From Eledone cirrhosa (lineage: Eukaryota), in the NCBI GenBank assembly GCA_964016885.1, contig OZ024743.1:311302001-311366000 (forward strand): a DNA stretch of 64,000 nucleotides, read 5' to 3'. Each line of letters begins with the position of its first letter. The stretch's first letter is position 1. A program made the translations under genes and the position numbers. The notes under the pieces were generated by a model. That model saw only the letters and a list, made by a program, of their open reading frames with translations. It had not been told where the DNA came from and searched no databases. This document shows, one piece after another, positions 1 through 13,959 of the stretch.

Positions 1-112
1 AGCAACGTGAACTGGAGTAAGTGTCTTGCTCAAGAACACAACGCAAAGTCCGGTCCGAAAATCGAACTCACAACCTTACGATTGTAAGCCCGACGCTCTA
101 ACCACTAAGCCA
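1..112 (-). mobile_element. tRNA-derived SINE, 5' head; body runs off the window start
   Basis: Minus strand reads TGGCTTAGTGGTTAGAGCG (A box) ... GAGTTCGATT (B box), then gttgtgttcttgagcaagacact, a SINE body motif also seen at 40430-40450. Confidence 0.75.
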
Positions 113-442
113 AACAGTCGAAGCTATAAAAAACAGTTAGACCATTACTCACCAGAGTACTCGATACTTGGGGTAGTACAGTAGCTAATATAAAAAATTC
201 GGGACCCCGACGGTTGATCGATAGTGAAACATATTTAATGTTATTAAATATGATATGACGCAACACTGAATCATTGTTCCTTTATTCTTATAGAATTATA
301 CTCTGCTCTGCGAGGGCATCGAGTGCTCAACCGGCATGCCGCCTACGGACGCATTTATCTTTCAACCTTACAACTATATATATATATATAAAGAATGAAT
401 AATAAAGCAGGTAGACATCATAAAAAGGTCATTTATTCCGAG

Positions 443-562
443 TGCTTACAAATGTTTCTACAGTAGTTACACAGCTTAGTCATGCGATGTGCAAATTGGT
501 AGTTATTTACTTTCAGAAATTCAATTTTCAAAAGCTGTTTATTCTACCGTGTCTTCAGAGCA
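443..562 (-). ncRNA. Type I hammerhead ribozyme with enlarged helix II
   Basis: tgct-CTGAAGA-cacggtag..ctactgta-GAAA-catttg-TA-agca; helix I tgct/agca. Confidence 0.7.
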
Positions 563-642
563 AATGTAAAATCCCTTGTATTTCTGAAAGGAAGTTATTG
601 GGGAAGATAGAGTAAAAAAAGAAAGAGAGAAAGAAGGGGAGA

Positions 643-710
<68 letters not shown>

Positions 711-1091
711 TGTAGGGGTCGGAGAGAGTGGTTTGAAGAATACAGATAGCTTAATCTGTTTGGGATTATTTATTTCCACAGCGAGCAGGTTGATAGATGT
801 GGAGAAGGAGGGAGGTTTACAGAAAGCGAGAGAGAGAGAGAGAAAGGGAAAGAGAGAAAGAAAAAGAGAGAGAGAGAGGACAGAAAAAACTACGAGAAAG
901 GGAAGGAAAGGCGGTATACACCAATTTCGTAGTTGTGGTTTGCTGATCGCACTCAAGTATCCATTTATTCTGATAAGCAGGGTAGTGGCTTTTAGTGTGT
1001 GTCTGTGGGGGGGGGGGGGGTATAGTTAGGAAGTAGTTATTGAGTGAAATTAGTTAGCGAGAAAATGGTGTTGTAGTCTCGGGTTCGTATG

Positions 1092-1520
1092 TTAAGTTAT
1101 TTTATAGTGAGAAAATTTAGTCTTCAGTTTGTGGTTGCAGTATAACGATCGCTCGATTCTGTCATTTAGTAATTTGTTTTGGGATTTCAGGATATAAAAG
1201 AGTTCAAGGTTGTATAATCTGCAGTACTTCATTCCACTCCGATATGCACTAGCGCTGGATAATTTATCCCACTTCAAGGTGAACTGCCGGTTACATTCGC
1301 GCAGTTGCCAGGTCTTATTGGCGAGCGTGGTTACAAAACGGTGTTCAGGATTTTCAATCGAAAATCGATGACGATACCAGCGAGATTTAAAGGAGGTAGT
1401 GGTAGACCCGATGTAATACCATTTCTGGTCGTTCGATTCGACAGTGCATTGATAAACAATGTTGGACTCTAGGCATTTATTCTTCAATGGGCATCTTTCG
1501 GGTAGGTGGCAGTTGCAGTT
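1092..1520 (-). pseudogene. GIY-YIG endonuclease domain of Naiad-like PLE
   Basis: IVYQC..YYIGST motifs, catalytic Arg region FKSRWYRH, C-terminal ELFYIL..LLN..CNH. Confidence 0.85.
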
Positions 1521-2544
1521 TTTGTTATGGGTAACAGCTGTATCATGGATAGGTTGGGATAACAGTTCAGGTGGGTTGTGTAATACCCGTCTCCCATTTG
1601 GTGGTTGGGAGGTTGATATTACGTTATGCCCATCTGTTTCTAAAATATTTTGTTTTGTAGTGTTGTTTAATAATTGCTTTAAGTTAAGTTTTTTTATGTA
1701 TGCTTCAAGGTTTGGTGCAGTGGAATATGATAGCTTAACAGTCTTAGAGTTTAGAATGTTACTGTATTTATGGGAATTAGGGAAATGCTTGTTAATTAAC
1801 TTAAAGAATGAAAGAGATCGTTTCGTACTAATCGAAGCATTAAAAATGGGATTATACCAGATATACTTTCTACAACGTAATTTATTTGAGTTTGGTGATG
1901 ATTTTCTATTATTAGTATGTCTGGTGGTATTGCATGTGCGCGCTTGTATTTCTGTACCCCGGTTACATATTCTTTGATTTCGTGTGTTGCTATGTGTGCT
2001 ATGGAGATTCCTATCAATGTATTCTATTTTATCCCGGTGGTCTGCATTCCGTAATGCGTTATTATAGTATTCAGCGTGTTCACTGAAAATCTGAGAGTTA
2101 GACGATAGGCGAGAGATTCTGAGAGAAATACTACGAGGAACCGATTTGATAATGGAAAGGGGGTGATTCGAGTTAAAATTAATATAGGTAAGGTTCTCGT
2201 TTATATTGTGGAAGGGTCGTATCAGTCCTGTATTAGAATTAAGAGTTACGTCTAGAAAATTTACTACTTTAAGATTGTATTTGTACGTATTTTTAGACCC
2301 AGTTCACTAAAAGATTTCCTAATGTTTTTCCGTAGCCTTTCAAGATTTTGGTTATTTAAGTTATTAACTATTCTTTAACTACTATTTTAACTATTAAAGT
2401 TATTTAACTATTTAAGTTATTAACTATTCTTTTAACTCTTCTTTCATAACTCGTTGAGTAACCCATCACCGTATGTCGTCTCTATCTAGTGTAGTAATTA
2501 GCCATTACTGCATTCAGAATAATCCTAAGCATATCTTGCATAAC

Positions 2545-2580
<36 letters not shown>

Positions 2581-4211
2581 GAAGTTCTATTTAGGTTGTT
2601 GGGATACAACAAGCAAATATTTTTATAACTGATATAAAGCACTCAACAAATTATTGGAGTAAAAATACGATATATTAACAAATGGAAACTATATTTATAA
2701 AACGATATTTATTTCATTATACATATTTCAAGGACACCAAGTTAAATTATGGTGTGCTTTCATCAGATAAAATAAAATATAGATCAGTTTTATAAATAAA
2801 TATTGACATACCCCTTAAAGAATGCGACCATTTCTGTTGGAAGCTCCCGGATAGTGGGGTTATAAATTTATTTATACTATTATGCAAATTAGTGTCGAAT
2901 ATTTTTAAATCACAGTAGATTTAAAATAAGTCGTTGGGGTATGGAGAAAGGGAAAGAAAGGAAAGAGACAAAAGAGAAAGAAGAAAAAAGAGCAGACTCT
3001 AAGAGGAAAATAAGACAACAAGAACAAGAGAAAGAGAAAGAGAAGAAAAAAGAAAAGAGAAAAGAGAAAGAGAAAGCTCTAAGTGATATGTTGTATTAGG
3101 GTAACTTTTAAGATGAAGTGAAAAAATAAATATTTTTTGGATGAGTAAAGAAGAGTAAATAAGCGTGAATGGAAAATAATAACAGGAGAATTTTAACCAG
3201 TGTTTAAATATCATTAAATGTTTAGTTTATCAATTAAATTATCCATAAAATTATTGAGATCTATACATTAAAAATTGAGATCTATATATTATTAAAAAAT
3301 CTATATATTATTAAAAGAATATATTCATATATATACATACGCACACATAGATATATATACATATAAATATATATATATACCTACACATACATAGATATAC
3401 ATATATACAATAAAGGACTTTTTATGTTTAAGATATATGAATTTTCCGAAACTTATAGATTTTTTGGAGAAAACGGAGAAAAACCGGAGGAAATCATTTC
3501 TATGTATTAGTAAAACAGCGTGAGGGAAATTAAGTTATTTATTTATATCAAATGTTATAAATGTTAAGATAATAAAGGAAATTTAAGATTATACAAACCT
3601 TATGTTACTATTTAATAAATTTATAAATTTTATATCTAATAAATCCACCTGTTATGTAATTGTGACTGTTATTATATAAGTTTGTTTATCACGAATCTTA
3701 AGAAAACCCTTATAACCGAGTGTATTCGAATTGTATGCATATATATATGTACACAACCCCCACATAGATACACATAGACATACATACACATACAGGTAGA
3801 TATGCATCTCTTACATCCCCTTATATTTTTACCTCCTCTTAGCCCCCCCCCCCATATATTCTTTTTGTTTTGCCCTTCACATACCTATGTGTATGTGTAT
3901 GTATTTTTGTGTGTGTATATATATGTGTATATATATATATATATATATGTATATGTGTATGTATATATGTGTGTGTATATATATATTTATATATATATGT
4001 ATGTGTATATATATGGTTATTTGTGTGTGTATATGTATGTATATGTGTGTGTGTGTGTTTATTATTTTTTTATGTATATGTGTGGTTGTGTGTGTGTGTG
4101 TGTGTGTGTATGTGTGTGTGTATTTGTTTTTGGTTGTGCGTGTTTTTGATATATACGTATTTGCATGTGTATAATTGTTTAGCTATGTATGTATATGTGT
4201 GTTTACGTATA

Positions 4212-4246
<35 letters not shown>

Positions 4247-4295
4247 TTATATTTTTATATTTTTGTATATATATATATGTATATATGTGTATATA

Positions 4296-4372
<77 letters not shown>

Positions 4373-4854
4373 ATATGTGTGTGTGTGTGTATATAATTAC
4401 ATATACATATGTGTGTGTTTAATATGTATACGTGTGCGTGTTTGTGTATGTATGTGTATGTATGTGTTTTTGTATTTGTTTATGTATATTTATGTATGAG
4501 AGTGTGTGTATGTGTTTACTATTTCGTACGTATGTATACGTGCTTTTTTGTGTGTATTACTTACCACGCGTGTCTGTCCTGTTAGCTGGGTCATGTATCG
4601 CTGTCAAAATTTTTTAAATATATATATATATATATTTTTTTTTTCTTATATTTATTTGCGTGTGTGAATATGTAGAGGAGTTCATTCATGTATGTGTATG
4701 TATGTACGTTTTGTATGTTTGTGTGAATCTATGTATGTGTATATATATGTGTGTGTGTATGGCTATGTTTGTGTATGTGTATGCTTGTACACACACATGT
4801 GTATGTGTGTGTATGTGTATGTGTGTATATGTATATATATGTATATATATATAT

Positions 4855-5306
4855 AGGAACCAGTAAGACCCCGACAGCTGAGCTCAAGCCGTTTCGACGG
4901 CTAATTCTGGACTAAATGAAAATTTATCCTGGTATTTAAATAGCCGATCTTCTCAAGGGGTAATTCCATATATGGTCAAAGTGATTGTCAAAAATCAGTA
5001 GTAATTCTGTGGTTGCAAATTAGTAGGGGAGATGGTGGCTAAACCTGCCAGTAGGAGAAAGAGGGGAGGGGGTGGAGTAGACCCAATCAAGCGTTGGTAG
5101 TGCCAGCTACAGCTGGGCATGAGGTCAAAGAAGATACTGGGGAGGGGGAGGGGGAGGAAGTCGGAACGGTAGGTAGAACAATGGGGGGTAGAAATATATA
5201 GGAAAGAAAAAATACTGAGAGTGAAGAAAAGCAAATAAGTGTAAAGAAAAAAGTAAAGTAAATTCTACGACCTAGGTCTCTAGCTATTGTTAGGCTAGAA
5301 TAAATA

Positions 5307-5358
<52 letters not shown>

Positions 5359-5710
5359 AGTAAAGAAAGAAATAAAGAAATAACGAAATAAGTAAAAGAA
5401 CTAGGTGGGACGAAATAGGCAAGGACCCTTTAAGAGGTATAAGTACGTAAATGATACGGTGACGGGTCAGCAAAAGGGGCCAAAATACTAAAGAGACTAC
5501 CACGAAATAAACAATAAAGGTTTCCATCCCGGGCACAATGCCAGCAACCACCCATGCAGCAAAGTGTACTAGTACGAGATAATAATTCTGAGTCCCTGTA
5601 GCTCAGCTGTCGGGGTCTTACTGGTTCCTATTACCCACTCTACTACCTCAAGTATTGAGTACTTTGGTGCGTTATGGTCCACCTGGTTCCTTACCACATT
5701 TCCTTCGTTA
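4855..5710 (-). mobile_element. PLE pseudo-LTR fragment with short inverted arm and tail; same family at 59402-59600, related at 140-210
   Basis: ataggaaccagtaagaccccgacagctgagct at 4853 is inverted at 5600-5631. Minus-strand HHR-like fold cggcta..tagccg-tc-GAAA-cggc-TT has a degenerate core. Flanked by (TA)n. Confidence 0.65.
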
Positions 5711-5749
5711 TATATATATATATATATGTACATATATATATGTGTGTGG

Positions 5750-5841
<92 letters not shown>

Positions 5842-6131
5842 GTGTGTGCGTGTGTGTATATGTATTAATGTATGTATGTGTATATGTGTGTATATATGTG
5901 TTTGTGTAGGTAAGTGTACGTTTTATATATGTGTATATGTATATATGTATGCGTACATATATATATGTATATATGTATGTGTGTGTAAGTATGCTTTTGG
6001 GTTTTTTTGTGTGTGTGTTTGCATGCGTAGTTTTATTTTATTTTTCCTTTCCTTCTCCCTTCTCCAGCCTCACTTTCATATAGATTGCATTTTTGGTTTT
6101 GTAATCCAAATTCAATAAACAAACCAGCTTT

Positions 6132-6191
6132 TTCCGTTCTGAGGATTGAAAGCAAAACCTTTTGCTTTTAAGAAACCACTGGTAAATGGAA
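6132..6191 (+). ncRNA. Type I hammerhead ribozyme, canonical core
   Basis: ttccgtt-CTGAGGA-ttgaaagcaaaa-cc-ttttgcttttaa-GAAA-ccactgg-TA-aatggaa. All three helices pair and the cleavage triplet is GUA. Confidence 0.85.
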
Positions 6192-6293
6192 TAATTGCCT
6201 TATGTTGTTTATTACATAATAATAATAATTAAGCTCTGTTGCCTACATAGAGCACTCTTTTTTCCTGTACTTTTCCGATGGAATTACTTCATT

Positions 6294-6412
<119 letters not shown>

Positions 6413-7242
6413 GGTACATAGTATAATTGAAGTACATAATATATAAAATAAAATTAAAATTAAATAAAAATGAATTACATTACGATTTGGAAATATATTC
6501 TTACAATTATAAGCAATATAACTTTAAAGCAATATAATTTTTAAAATATTACAGAATATTTTAAGATATAATTTTATATAAGAATATGTCTAAAAAATTC
6601 AGTATAAAAATTTAAATTTTTTTTATATAATATTTAACTCTCAGCATGTTTAACTTAATTTTTATAACCATATGGGAAATTTTTCAAAGAAAAAGAAAGA
6701 GAAGCTTTCAAAAGAGAAACTTTCAAAAACGAAACTTTCAAAAATAGGAGAAACTTTCAAAGAAAATATTTTCCCCTTTTAAGAGCTTTCAGTGTGTTTA
6801 TCTAGAAAATTCTTTTCAGGAAAATATTTTTTTATATTTGAGAGTTTAAGCAGTCAAACGAAGGAATCTAATGATTTATCGATAGGTTCAATATATTAAT
6901 AGAATTAGTTATATATTACATTTAAAATTTTTAAATTTATATTTAAACATTGAGTTCAATCTATGTCTGCAGCAACTGAAGAGATTGCTTCTTAAGTTTA
7001 GGGAATTTTTGCTTTTTAATATAAAGAATATTTCCTCTATACAAAGATCACAATTTTCTGAAGAGGAGTTAAAAGGAATAGCTTTTGAAATAATATTCCA
7101 AAGTATCGAATATTTAACGTTCTTTAATTTGAGGTCCCATAATAAGCTAGATAGAGAAGCTGAAGATTTTTTGTTTAAATGCGTAAAAGAGCTTTTATGG
7201 TTATTAAAACGAGATTTAAAATCTGTGGAAGTAGATCATTTA

Positions 7243-7580
7243 ATTATGTAGGATCTACTTCCACAGATTTTAAATCTCGTTTTAATAACCATAAAAGCTC
7301 TTTTACGCATTTAAACAAAAAATCTTCAACTTCTCTATCTAGCTTATTATGGGACCTCAAATTAAAGAACGTTAAATATTGGTTACTTTGGAATATTATC
7401 TCAAAAGCTACTCCTTTTAACTCCTCTTCAGAAAATTGTGATCTTTGTATAGAGGAAATATTCTTTATATTAAAAAGCAAAAACTCCCTGAACGTAAGAA
7501 GCAATCTCTTCAGTTGCTGCAGACATAGATTCAACTCAACGTTTAAATATAAATTTAAAAATTTTAAATGTAATATATAA
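7243..7580 (+). pseudogene. 5'-truncated GIY-YIG domain of an AT-rich Naiad-like PLE
   Basis: YVGSTSTDFKSRFNNHKSSF..LSSLLWDLK..CDLCIEE..LNVRSNLFSCCRHR. The inverted copy lies at 6910-7235. Confidence 0.85.
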
Positions 7581-8097
7581 TTAATTCTATTAATATATTG
7601 AACCTATCGATAAATCATTAGATTCCTTCGTTTGACTGCTTAAACTCTCAAATATAAAAAAAGTTTTTCCTAAAAAACTTTTTCTAGATAAACATACTGA
7701 AAGCTCTTAAGAGGGGAAAATATTTTCTTTGAAAGTTTCTCCTATTTTTGAAAGTTTCTTTTTTGAAAGTTTCTCTTTTGAAAATTTCTCTTTCTTTTTC
7801 TTTGAAAAATTTCCCATATGGTTATAAAAATTAAGTTAAACATATTGAGAGTTAAATATTATATTAAAAAAATTTAAATTTTTATACTGAATTTTTTAGA
7901 CATTCTTATTTAAAATTATATCTTAAAAAATATTCTGTAATATTTTAAAAATTATATTGCTTTAAAATTATATTGCTTATAATTGTAAGAATATATTTCC
8001 AAATCGTAATATAATTCATTTTTATTTTATTTTTATTTCATTTTATATATTATGTACTTCAATCATACTATGTACCGTATATTTATCTCTCTCTCTG

Positions 8098-8152
<55 letters not shown>

Positions 8153-9280
8153 GATGCATATCTACCTGTATGTGTATGTATGTATATGTGTATCTATGTG
8201 GAGGTTGTGTACATATATATGTATATATGCATACAATTCGAATACACTCGGTTATAAGGGTTTTCTTAAGGTTCGTGATAAACAAACTTATATAATAACA
8301 GTCACAACTACATAACAGGTGGATTTATTAGATATAAAATTCATAAAATTTATTAAATAATATAAGGTTTGTATAATAACATAAGGTTTGTATAATCTTA
8401 AATTTCCTTTATTATCTTAACATTTATAACATTTGATATAAATAAATAACTTAATTTCCTTGACGCTGTTTTACTATTACATAGAAATGATTTTCTCCGG
8501 TTTTTCTCCGTTTTCTCCGAAAAATCTATAAGTTTAGGAAAATTCCTATATCTTAAACATAAAAAGTCCTTTATTGTATATATGTATATCTATGTATGTG
8601 TAGGTATATATATATATATATTTATATGTATATGTATCTATGTGTGCGTATATATATATATGAATATATTCTTTTAATAATATATAGATTTTTTAATAAT
8701 ATATAGTTTTAATAATAAATAATATATAGATTTTTTAATAATATATAGATCTCAATTTTTAATGTATAGATCTCAATAATTTAATGGATAATGTAACTGA
8801 CAAACTAAACATTTAATCATATTTAAACACTGGTTAAAATTCTCCTGTTATTATTTTCCATTCACGCTTATTTACTCTTCTTTACTCATCCAATAAATAT
8901 TTATTTTTTCACTTCATCTTAAAAGTTACGCTAATACAACAACCTATCACTTAAAGCTTTCTCTTTCCCTTTCTCTTTCTCTTTTTTCTTTTCTCTTTTC
9001 TTTTTTCTTCTCTTTCTCTTTCTCTTTTTCTTGTTTTCTTATTTTCCTCTTAGAGTCTGCTCTTTTTTCTTCTTTCTCTTTTGTCTCTTTCTTTTCTTTC
9101 CCATTCTCCATACCCCAACGGCTTATTTTAAATCTACTGTGATTTTAAAATATCCGACACTAATTTGCATAATAGTATAAATAAATTTATAACCCCACTA
9201 TCCGGGAGCTTCCAACAGAAATGGTCGCATTCTTTAAGGGTATGTCAATATTTATTTATAAAACTGATCTATATTATATT

Positions 9281-9335
9281 TTATCTGATGAAAGCACACC
9301 ATAATTTAACTTGGTGTCTTTGAAATATGTATAAT
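9281..9335 (+). ncRNA. Minimal hammerhead-like motif in pseudo-LTR (inverted copy 2716-2770, minus)
   Basis: CTGATGA-aagcacacca..tggtgtctt-t-GAAA-tatg-TA. Helix I is imperfect. Confidence 0.6.
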
Positions 9336-10406
9336 GAAATAAATATGGTTTTATAAATATAGTTTCCATTTATTAATATATCGTATATATATATTTATTA
9401 AAATAACAAATTAAAGTTTAAGCAAAGAATCGCTGCTTTCACCCTTAACGGGATCTTCTGAAACTAACAAAGTCAATCTGTAAACGCAGAAGTGGATATT
9501 TCAAAATACGTTGCGACCGGAGGAAGACAGGAAGACGATACTTTGGTTCGTAGAAACGTTCCCTGGCAAAGAACGGGAAAAAACGAATATAATACGTCAT
9601 TAATAGGAGCGGTGAAAATCAATTACACGCAAAGACAAAACCGCGTTTATGGTATAAAAGAAGTCGTAGACTAATGTTCTCTTAGGTGGTTCATATAGAC
9701 GTTCTCTGGCAATGAACGGAAAAAACGAAGATAATACGTCATATGTGGAGCGGAGAGAACAATTGCACGCAAAGACAAAACCACGTAAATAGTATAGCTG
9801 AAGTCGTAGACTAAAATTCTACCTAGGAAACCGAATGATTCTTCGCTACAGAGTTAAGAATAAAGTAAATAAAATACAATACAGGGGTAATTGATATTAA
9901 ATAAATGCATACACGCATCCAAATACGTACATACACAAGCATACGCGAAAACACTCGCCATAGGTATACAAAACCACGCACATATAAATGTGTGTGTATG
10001 TGTGTGTGTGCGTGTATACAAATAAATAAGTAATTAAATAAACGTATATGAATAAATACGTATATAACAAGCGCACACACATGCCTACATGTAAATACAC
10101 AAATGTTCGGAGACCTACGTCTACCAAAACATGAAGTACACATATATACACACCCAACATACATACGAACCCGCATACTCACACAGACGCAAAACTCCCG
10201 TATACACATAACCAAAAGCATATGTACCAGAATATATAAAAATATACGCCATAACATATACAATCAAATATACGTACGAGAAAGTATACGTACCTTCACA
10301 AAATATACAGGTAATATGTACTTACCTATGCAAATAAGTAATGGTATAAACATAACATATACTTAGCTACCACATCAAGACGTAAAATATCCACGTATAG
10401 ATCGTA

Positions 10407-11155
10407 CTATCCGTTAGGGTATAATGTGGGGCAGTAATACAGGAAGGTTTGGTGCAATTTATGTTTACAAGCCGAAATTGCTTCAGATTTTTTGTTTAAG
10501 ATGAGGTCTGTGGCGTAGAGTATTTCCAGGGCCTCAGCGGCGCAGAGGTCACATGGTCTTTTATTTCCGTTATACGATCTAGCCCTAGCTAGGATCTCCC
10601 AGTGTAACTTATGTTGGGTGTGGTTGTCTTTTAGACTCCAGATATAAGCTGAAAGTGACGTCATATTCCTTCTTAGAGGGTAACGAAAAGAATGGGTATG
10701 CATGTAAAGACGCTGCTTGAATCTATTGGCGGTTAACACTATGTAGGCCCTACCGGACGTGGGTGTTTCAACATTACATTTGTAGACAATGTTACTAGAG
10801 AGGCATTTCCCGGATAGGGGGCAATCAACCCGATTCCTACAATTACAGTTAGTACTAACTACAGGGTTGCACGTGTTCCTACGGCTAGGTAGTTTAGCTA
10901 AATTTGAAGCTGTGATGTTATGTGCAAGTTTAGGAGTCGTAGAGTAAGAAATTTTAATAGTATTTCTATTAAAAATTTTACTAAATTTATGTGTAATGGG
11001 AAAATGCTTCGTAATAAGGGATAGAAAGATCTTAGCTAATGGTGTGGCCACCTCCATACTATATGGTGGGTTATACCATATAATGCGACGGGATCTATTT
11101 CTTCTAGGTCTATTCTCGTACTCTGTATATGCTACCTTATCGACAAATCCACTCC
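10407..11155 (-). pseudogene. Naiad-like PLE linker plus GIY-YIG endonuclease, 5'-truncated
   Basis: RRIIWYNPPYS..LITKHFP..IFNRNTIKISYS..NCNCRNRVDCPLSGKCLSSNIVYKC..CDLCAAE..LNKKSE..CKH. The first ~28 aa of the listed ORF come from the inverted arm. Confidence 0.9.
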
Positions 11156-11356
11156 AACCACATCTTAAACGAAAAATCTGAGGCAATTTCGGCTTGTAAA
11201 CATAAATTGCACAAAGCTTTCCTGTATTACAACCCCACATTATACCCTAACGTTAGTACGATCTATACGTGGATATTTTACGTCTTGATGTGGTAGCTAA
11301 GTATATGTTATGTTTATACCATTACTTATTTGCATAGGTAAGTACATGTTACCTGT

Positions 11357-11546
11357 ATGTTTGCTCTGGAACCCTGACTCCACCCTGACTAGGAGTAGGA
11401 AGCTGTCATTCTTTGACGTTATCTCTAGGGACACGGGAATCAGTAGACAGGACCTGGGGGCGGCGATGGGGGACAGGGAATTCTGGGGCATGAGAGTGAG
11501 ATCTATCATCTCGACAGTAGTCGACGAATGATGATGATGATGATGT
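11357..11546 (+). mobile_element. 5'-truncated RTE-like LINE 3' end with (TGA)n tail
   Basis: Absent from the opposite arm. Encodes LLWNP..DVISRDTG..AMGDREFW..* followed by (tga)n, with an approximate TSD atgtttg/atgttttg. Confidence 0.7.
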
Positions 11547-11852
11547 TTTGTGAAGGTATGTATACTTTCTCGTACGTATATTTGATTGTATATGTTATGG
11601 CGTATATTTTTATATATTCTGGTACATATGCTTTTGGTTATCTGTATACGGGAGTTTTGCGTCTGAGTGAGTATGCGGGTTCGTACGTGTGTTGGGTGTG
11701 TGTATATGTGTACTTCATGTTTTGGTTGACATACGTCTCCGAACATTTGTGTATTTACATGTAGGTATGTGTGTGCGCTTGTTATATACGTATTTATTTA
11801 TTAATATACATTTATTTAATTACTTATTTATTTGTATACACGCACACACACA

Positions 11853-11922
<70 letters not shown>

Positions 11923-12460
11923 TTTATATGTGCGTGGTTTTGTATACCTATGGCGAGTGTTTTCGCGTAGGTTTTTTTATGTACGTATTTGGATGCGTGT
12001 ATGTATTTATTTAATATGAATTACGTTTTCTATTGTATTTTATTTACTTTATTCTTAACTCTGAAGCGGAGAATCATTCGGTTTCCTAGTTAGAATTTTA
12101 GTCTACGACTTCAGCTATACTATTTACGTGGTGTTTTCTTTGCGTGTAATTGTTTTTCACCGCTTCTATTAATGACGTATTATATTCGTTTTTTCCCGTT
12201 CTTTGCCAGGGAACGTTTCCACGAACCAAAGTATCGTCTTCCTGTCTTCCTCCGGTTGCAACGTTTTTTGAAATATCCACTTCTGCGTTTGCAGATTGAC
12301 TTTGTTTCAGAAGATCCCGTTAAGGGTGAAAGCAGCGATTCTTTGCTTAAACTTTAATCTGTTATTTTAATAAATATTTGCTCTACGGCTTTTATATATT
12401 TGATATATATTTATCCTTATCGTGCCCTCTTTGGATTTTAGTCTTCAAATTTATTATTAT

Positions 12461-12546
<86 letters not shown>

Positions 12547-12945
12547 TAAATCATGTCCTTAGAATTATTAGATAAAATATATACCATTTCCTCTCCCAAT
12601 TAGCATAATTAACCATATAAAAAATCAATTAGACCAAGCTATAAGAAGAAAGGCTCTTATGAAGAAATCTCCGACAAATTAGCGAAAGTTGCCTCTTCGC
12701 GGTGGCCCCAATAGAGTATTTATCCAACATTTCGACACCATGTAGAAACTGACTAAATATACCATCAACCATACACAATTAGGTGTAAAATCAAACTTAG
12801 AAGAAATGTGTACATACCGTAATTATATCTCTACCATGGTTTCATCCGTATTTTTAGACATCCAATTAATAGGAATGTCTTGAGTTAGGATTTATCAGGA
12901 GATAAACTCAAAATTAGACATTTAGTTTTCCAACGTGATCGCGCC

Positions 12946-12981
<36 letters not shown>

Positions 12982-13020
12982 GTATATATATATGTACTTA
13001 TATGTATATATAGATATAGA

Positions 13021-13081
<61 letters not shown>

Positions 13082-13083
<2 letters not shown>

Positions 13084-13959
13084 GAAGGACGTAGAATTAG
13101 AAAATTATAAAAATTAACTTACTAAAATTTTACTCCAACTAATTAGTTTCTGAAAGGGAATAAACATGGTTTCCAAATAGAAAACATAGAGAAGCCATTT
13201 CGTCATCAGGAAGTCGTTCTCAGCTAAGATACCTGGCGAAGCGTGGACACAGTGAACTTATACAAAAATAATTCAGTAGATGGAAAAAAGCAAGTGTGGA
13301 CTAAATTCCAAGACATTGAAAAAATCACTGCCTATTTGGTCGGTGGCAAATTCAAAAGAATCAATCACGTGACATCGAGGTTAATCAGTGAGGAGTGGGG
13401 TGTTAAAAAGACAGTTGCCAAGCTGTTACTATGAACTATAGTAGTAATTTTGGTAAATTTTTGCTCAACAAAATAATTTGGAGATAATTATAAAGAATTA
13501 GTCTATCTACCAACATATATACACAGATGCATACCTATGCAAGCAAATATATAGGTTTTGTCTTAGTATCTTTGTGGTTCAATGCAAGGGGATGCAGAAC
13601 AATTATATGAAAGATGTAAAATTAGAAAATTATATAAATTAACTTACTAAAATTTCACTCCAAGTAATTAGTTTCTGAAAGGGAATAAACTTCGCAAGGT
13701 ATCTGAGCTGAGAACGACTTCCTGATGACGAAATGGCTTCTCCATGTTTTCCATTTGGAAACCATGTTTATTCCCTTTCAGAAACTAATTAGTTGGAGTG
13801 AAATTTTAGTAAGTAAGTTAATTTTTATAATTTTCTTATTTTACGTCTTTCATATAATTGTTCTGCATCTCCTTGCATTGCACCACAAAGTTACTAAGAC
13901 AAAGCCTATATATTTGCTTGCATAGGTATGCATCTGTATATATATGTTGGTAGATATAC

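Larger units (their letters stand above)
392..2365 (-). mobile_element. 5'-truncated Naiad-like Penelope-like retroelement (RT C-terminus, GIY-YIG, 3' pseudo-LTR with HHR)
   Basis: Minus-strand translation gives NNQNLERLRKNIR, KYIWYNPIF, LINKHFP, KLSYSTAPN and NCNCHLPERCPLKNKCLESNIVYQC..YYIGST..FKSRW. It has frameshifts, is the same family as 48118-52030 and ends at (TA)n. Confidence 0.85.
9395..12465. mobile_element. Asymmetric fold-back of a Naiad-like PLE (minus arm 11160-9395, plus arm 11160-12375, tail to 12465)
   Basis: 9395-10505 is the reverse complement of 11160-12375. Bounded by (TA)n. A mini-copy of the same termini lies at 14025-14110. Confidence 0.9.

Noticed and set aside
1-112. 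tRNA gene
   Set aside because: A and B boxes are present but run into a SINE body without a proper acceptor stem.
3802-4866. Long YI, CV and HT repeat ORFs here and at 14.6, 24.3, 47.6, 52-53.7 and 59.5 kb
   Set aside because: Translations of (TA)n, (TG)n and (CA)n microsatellites.
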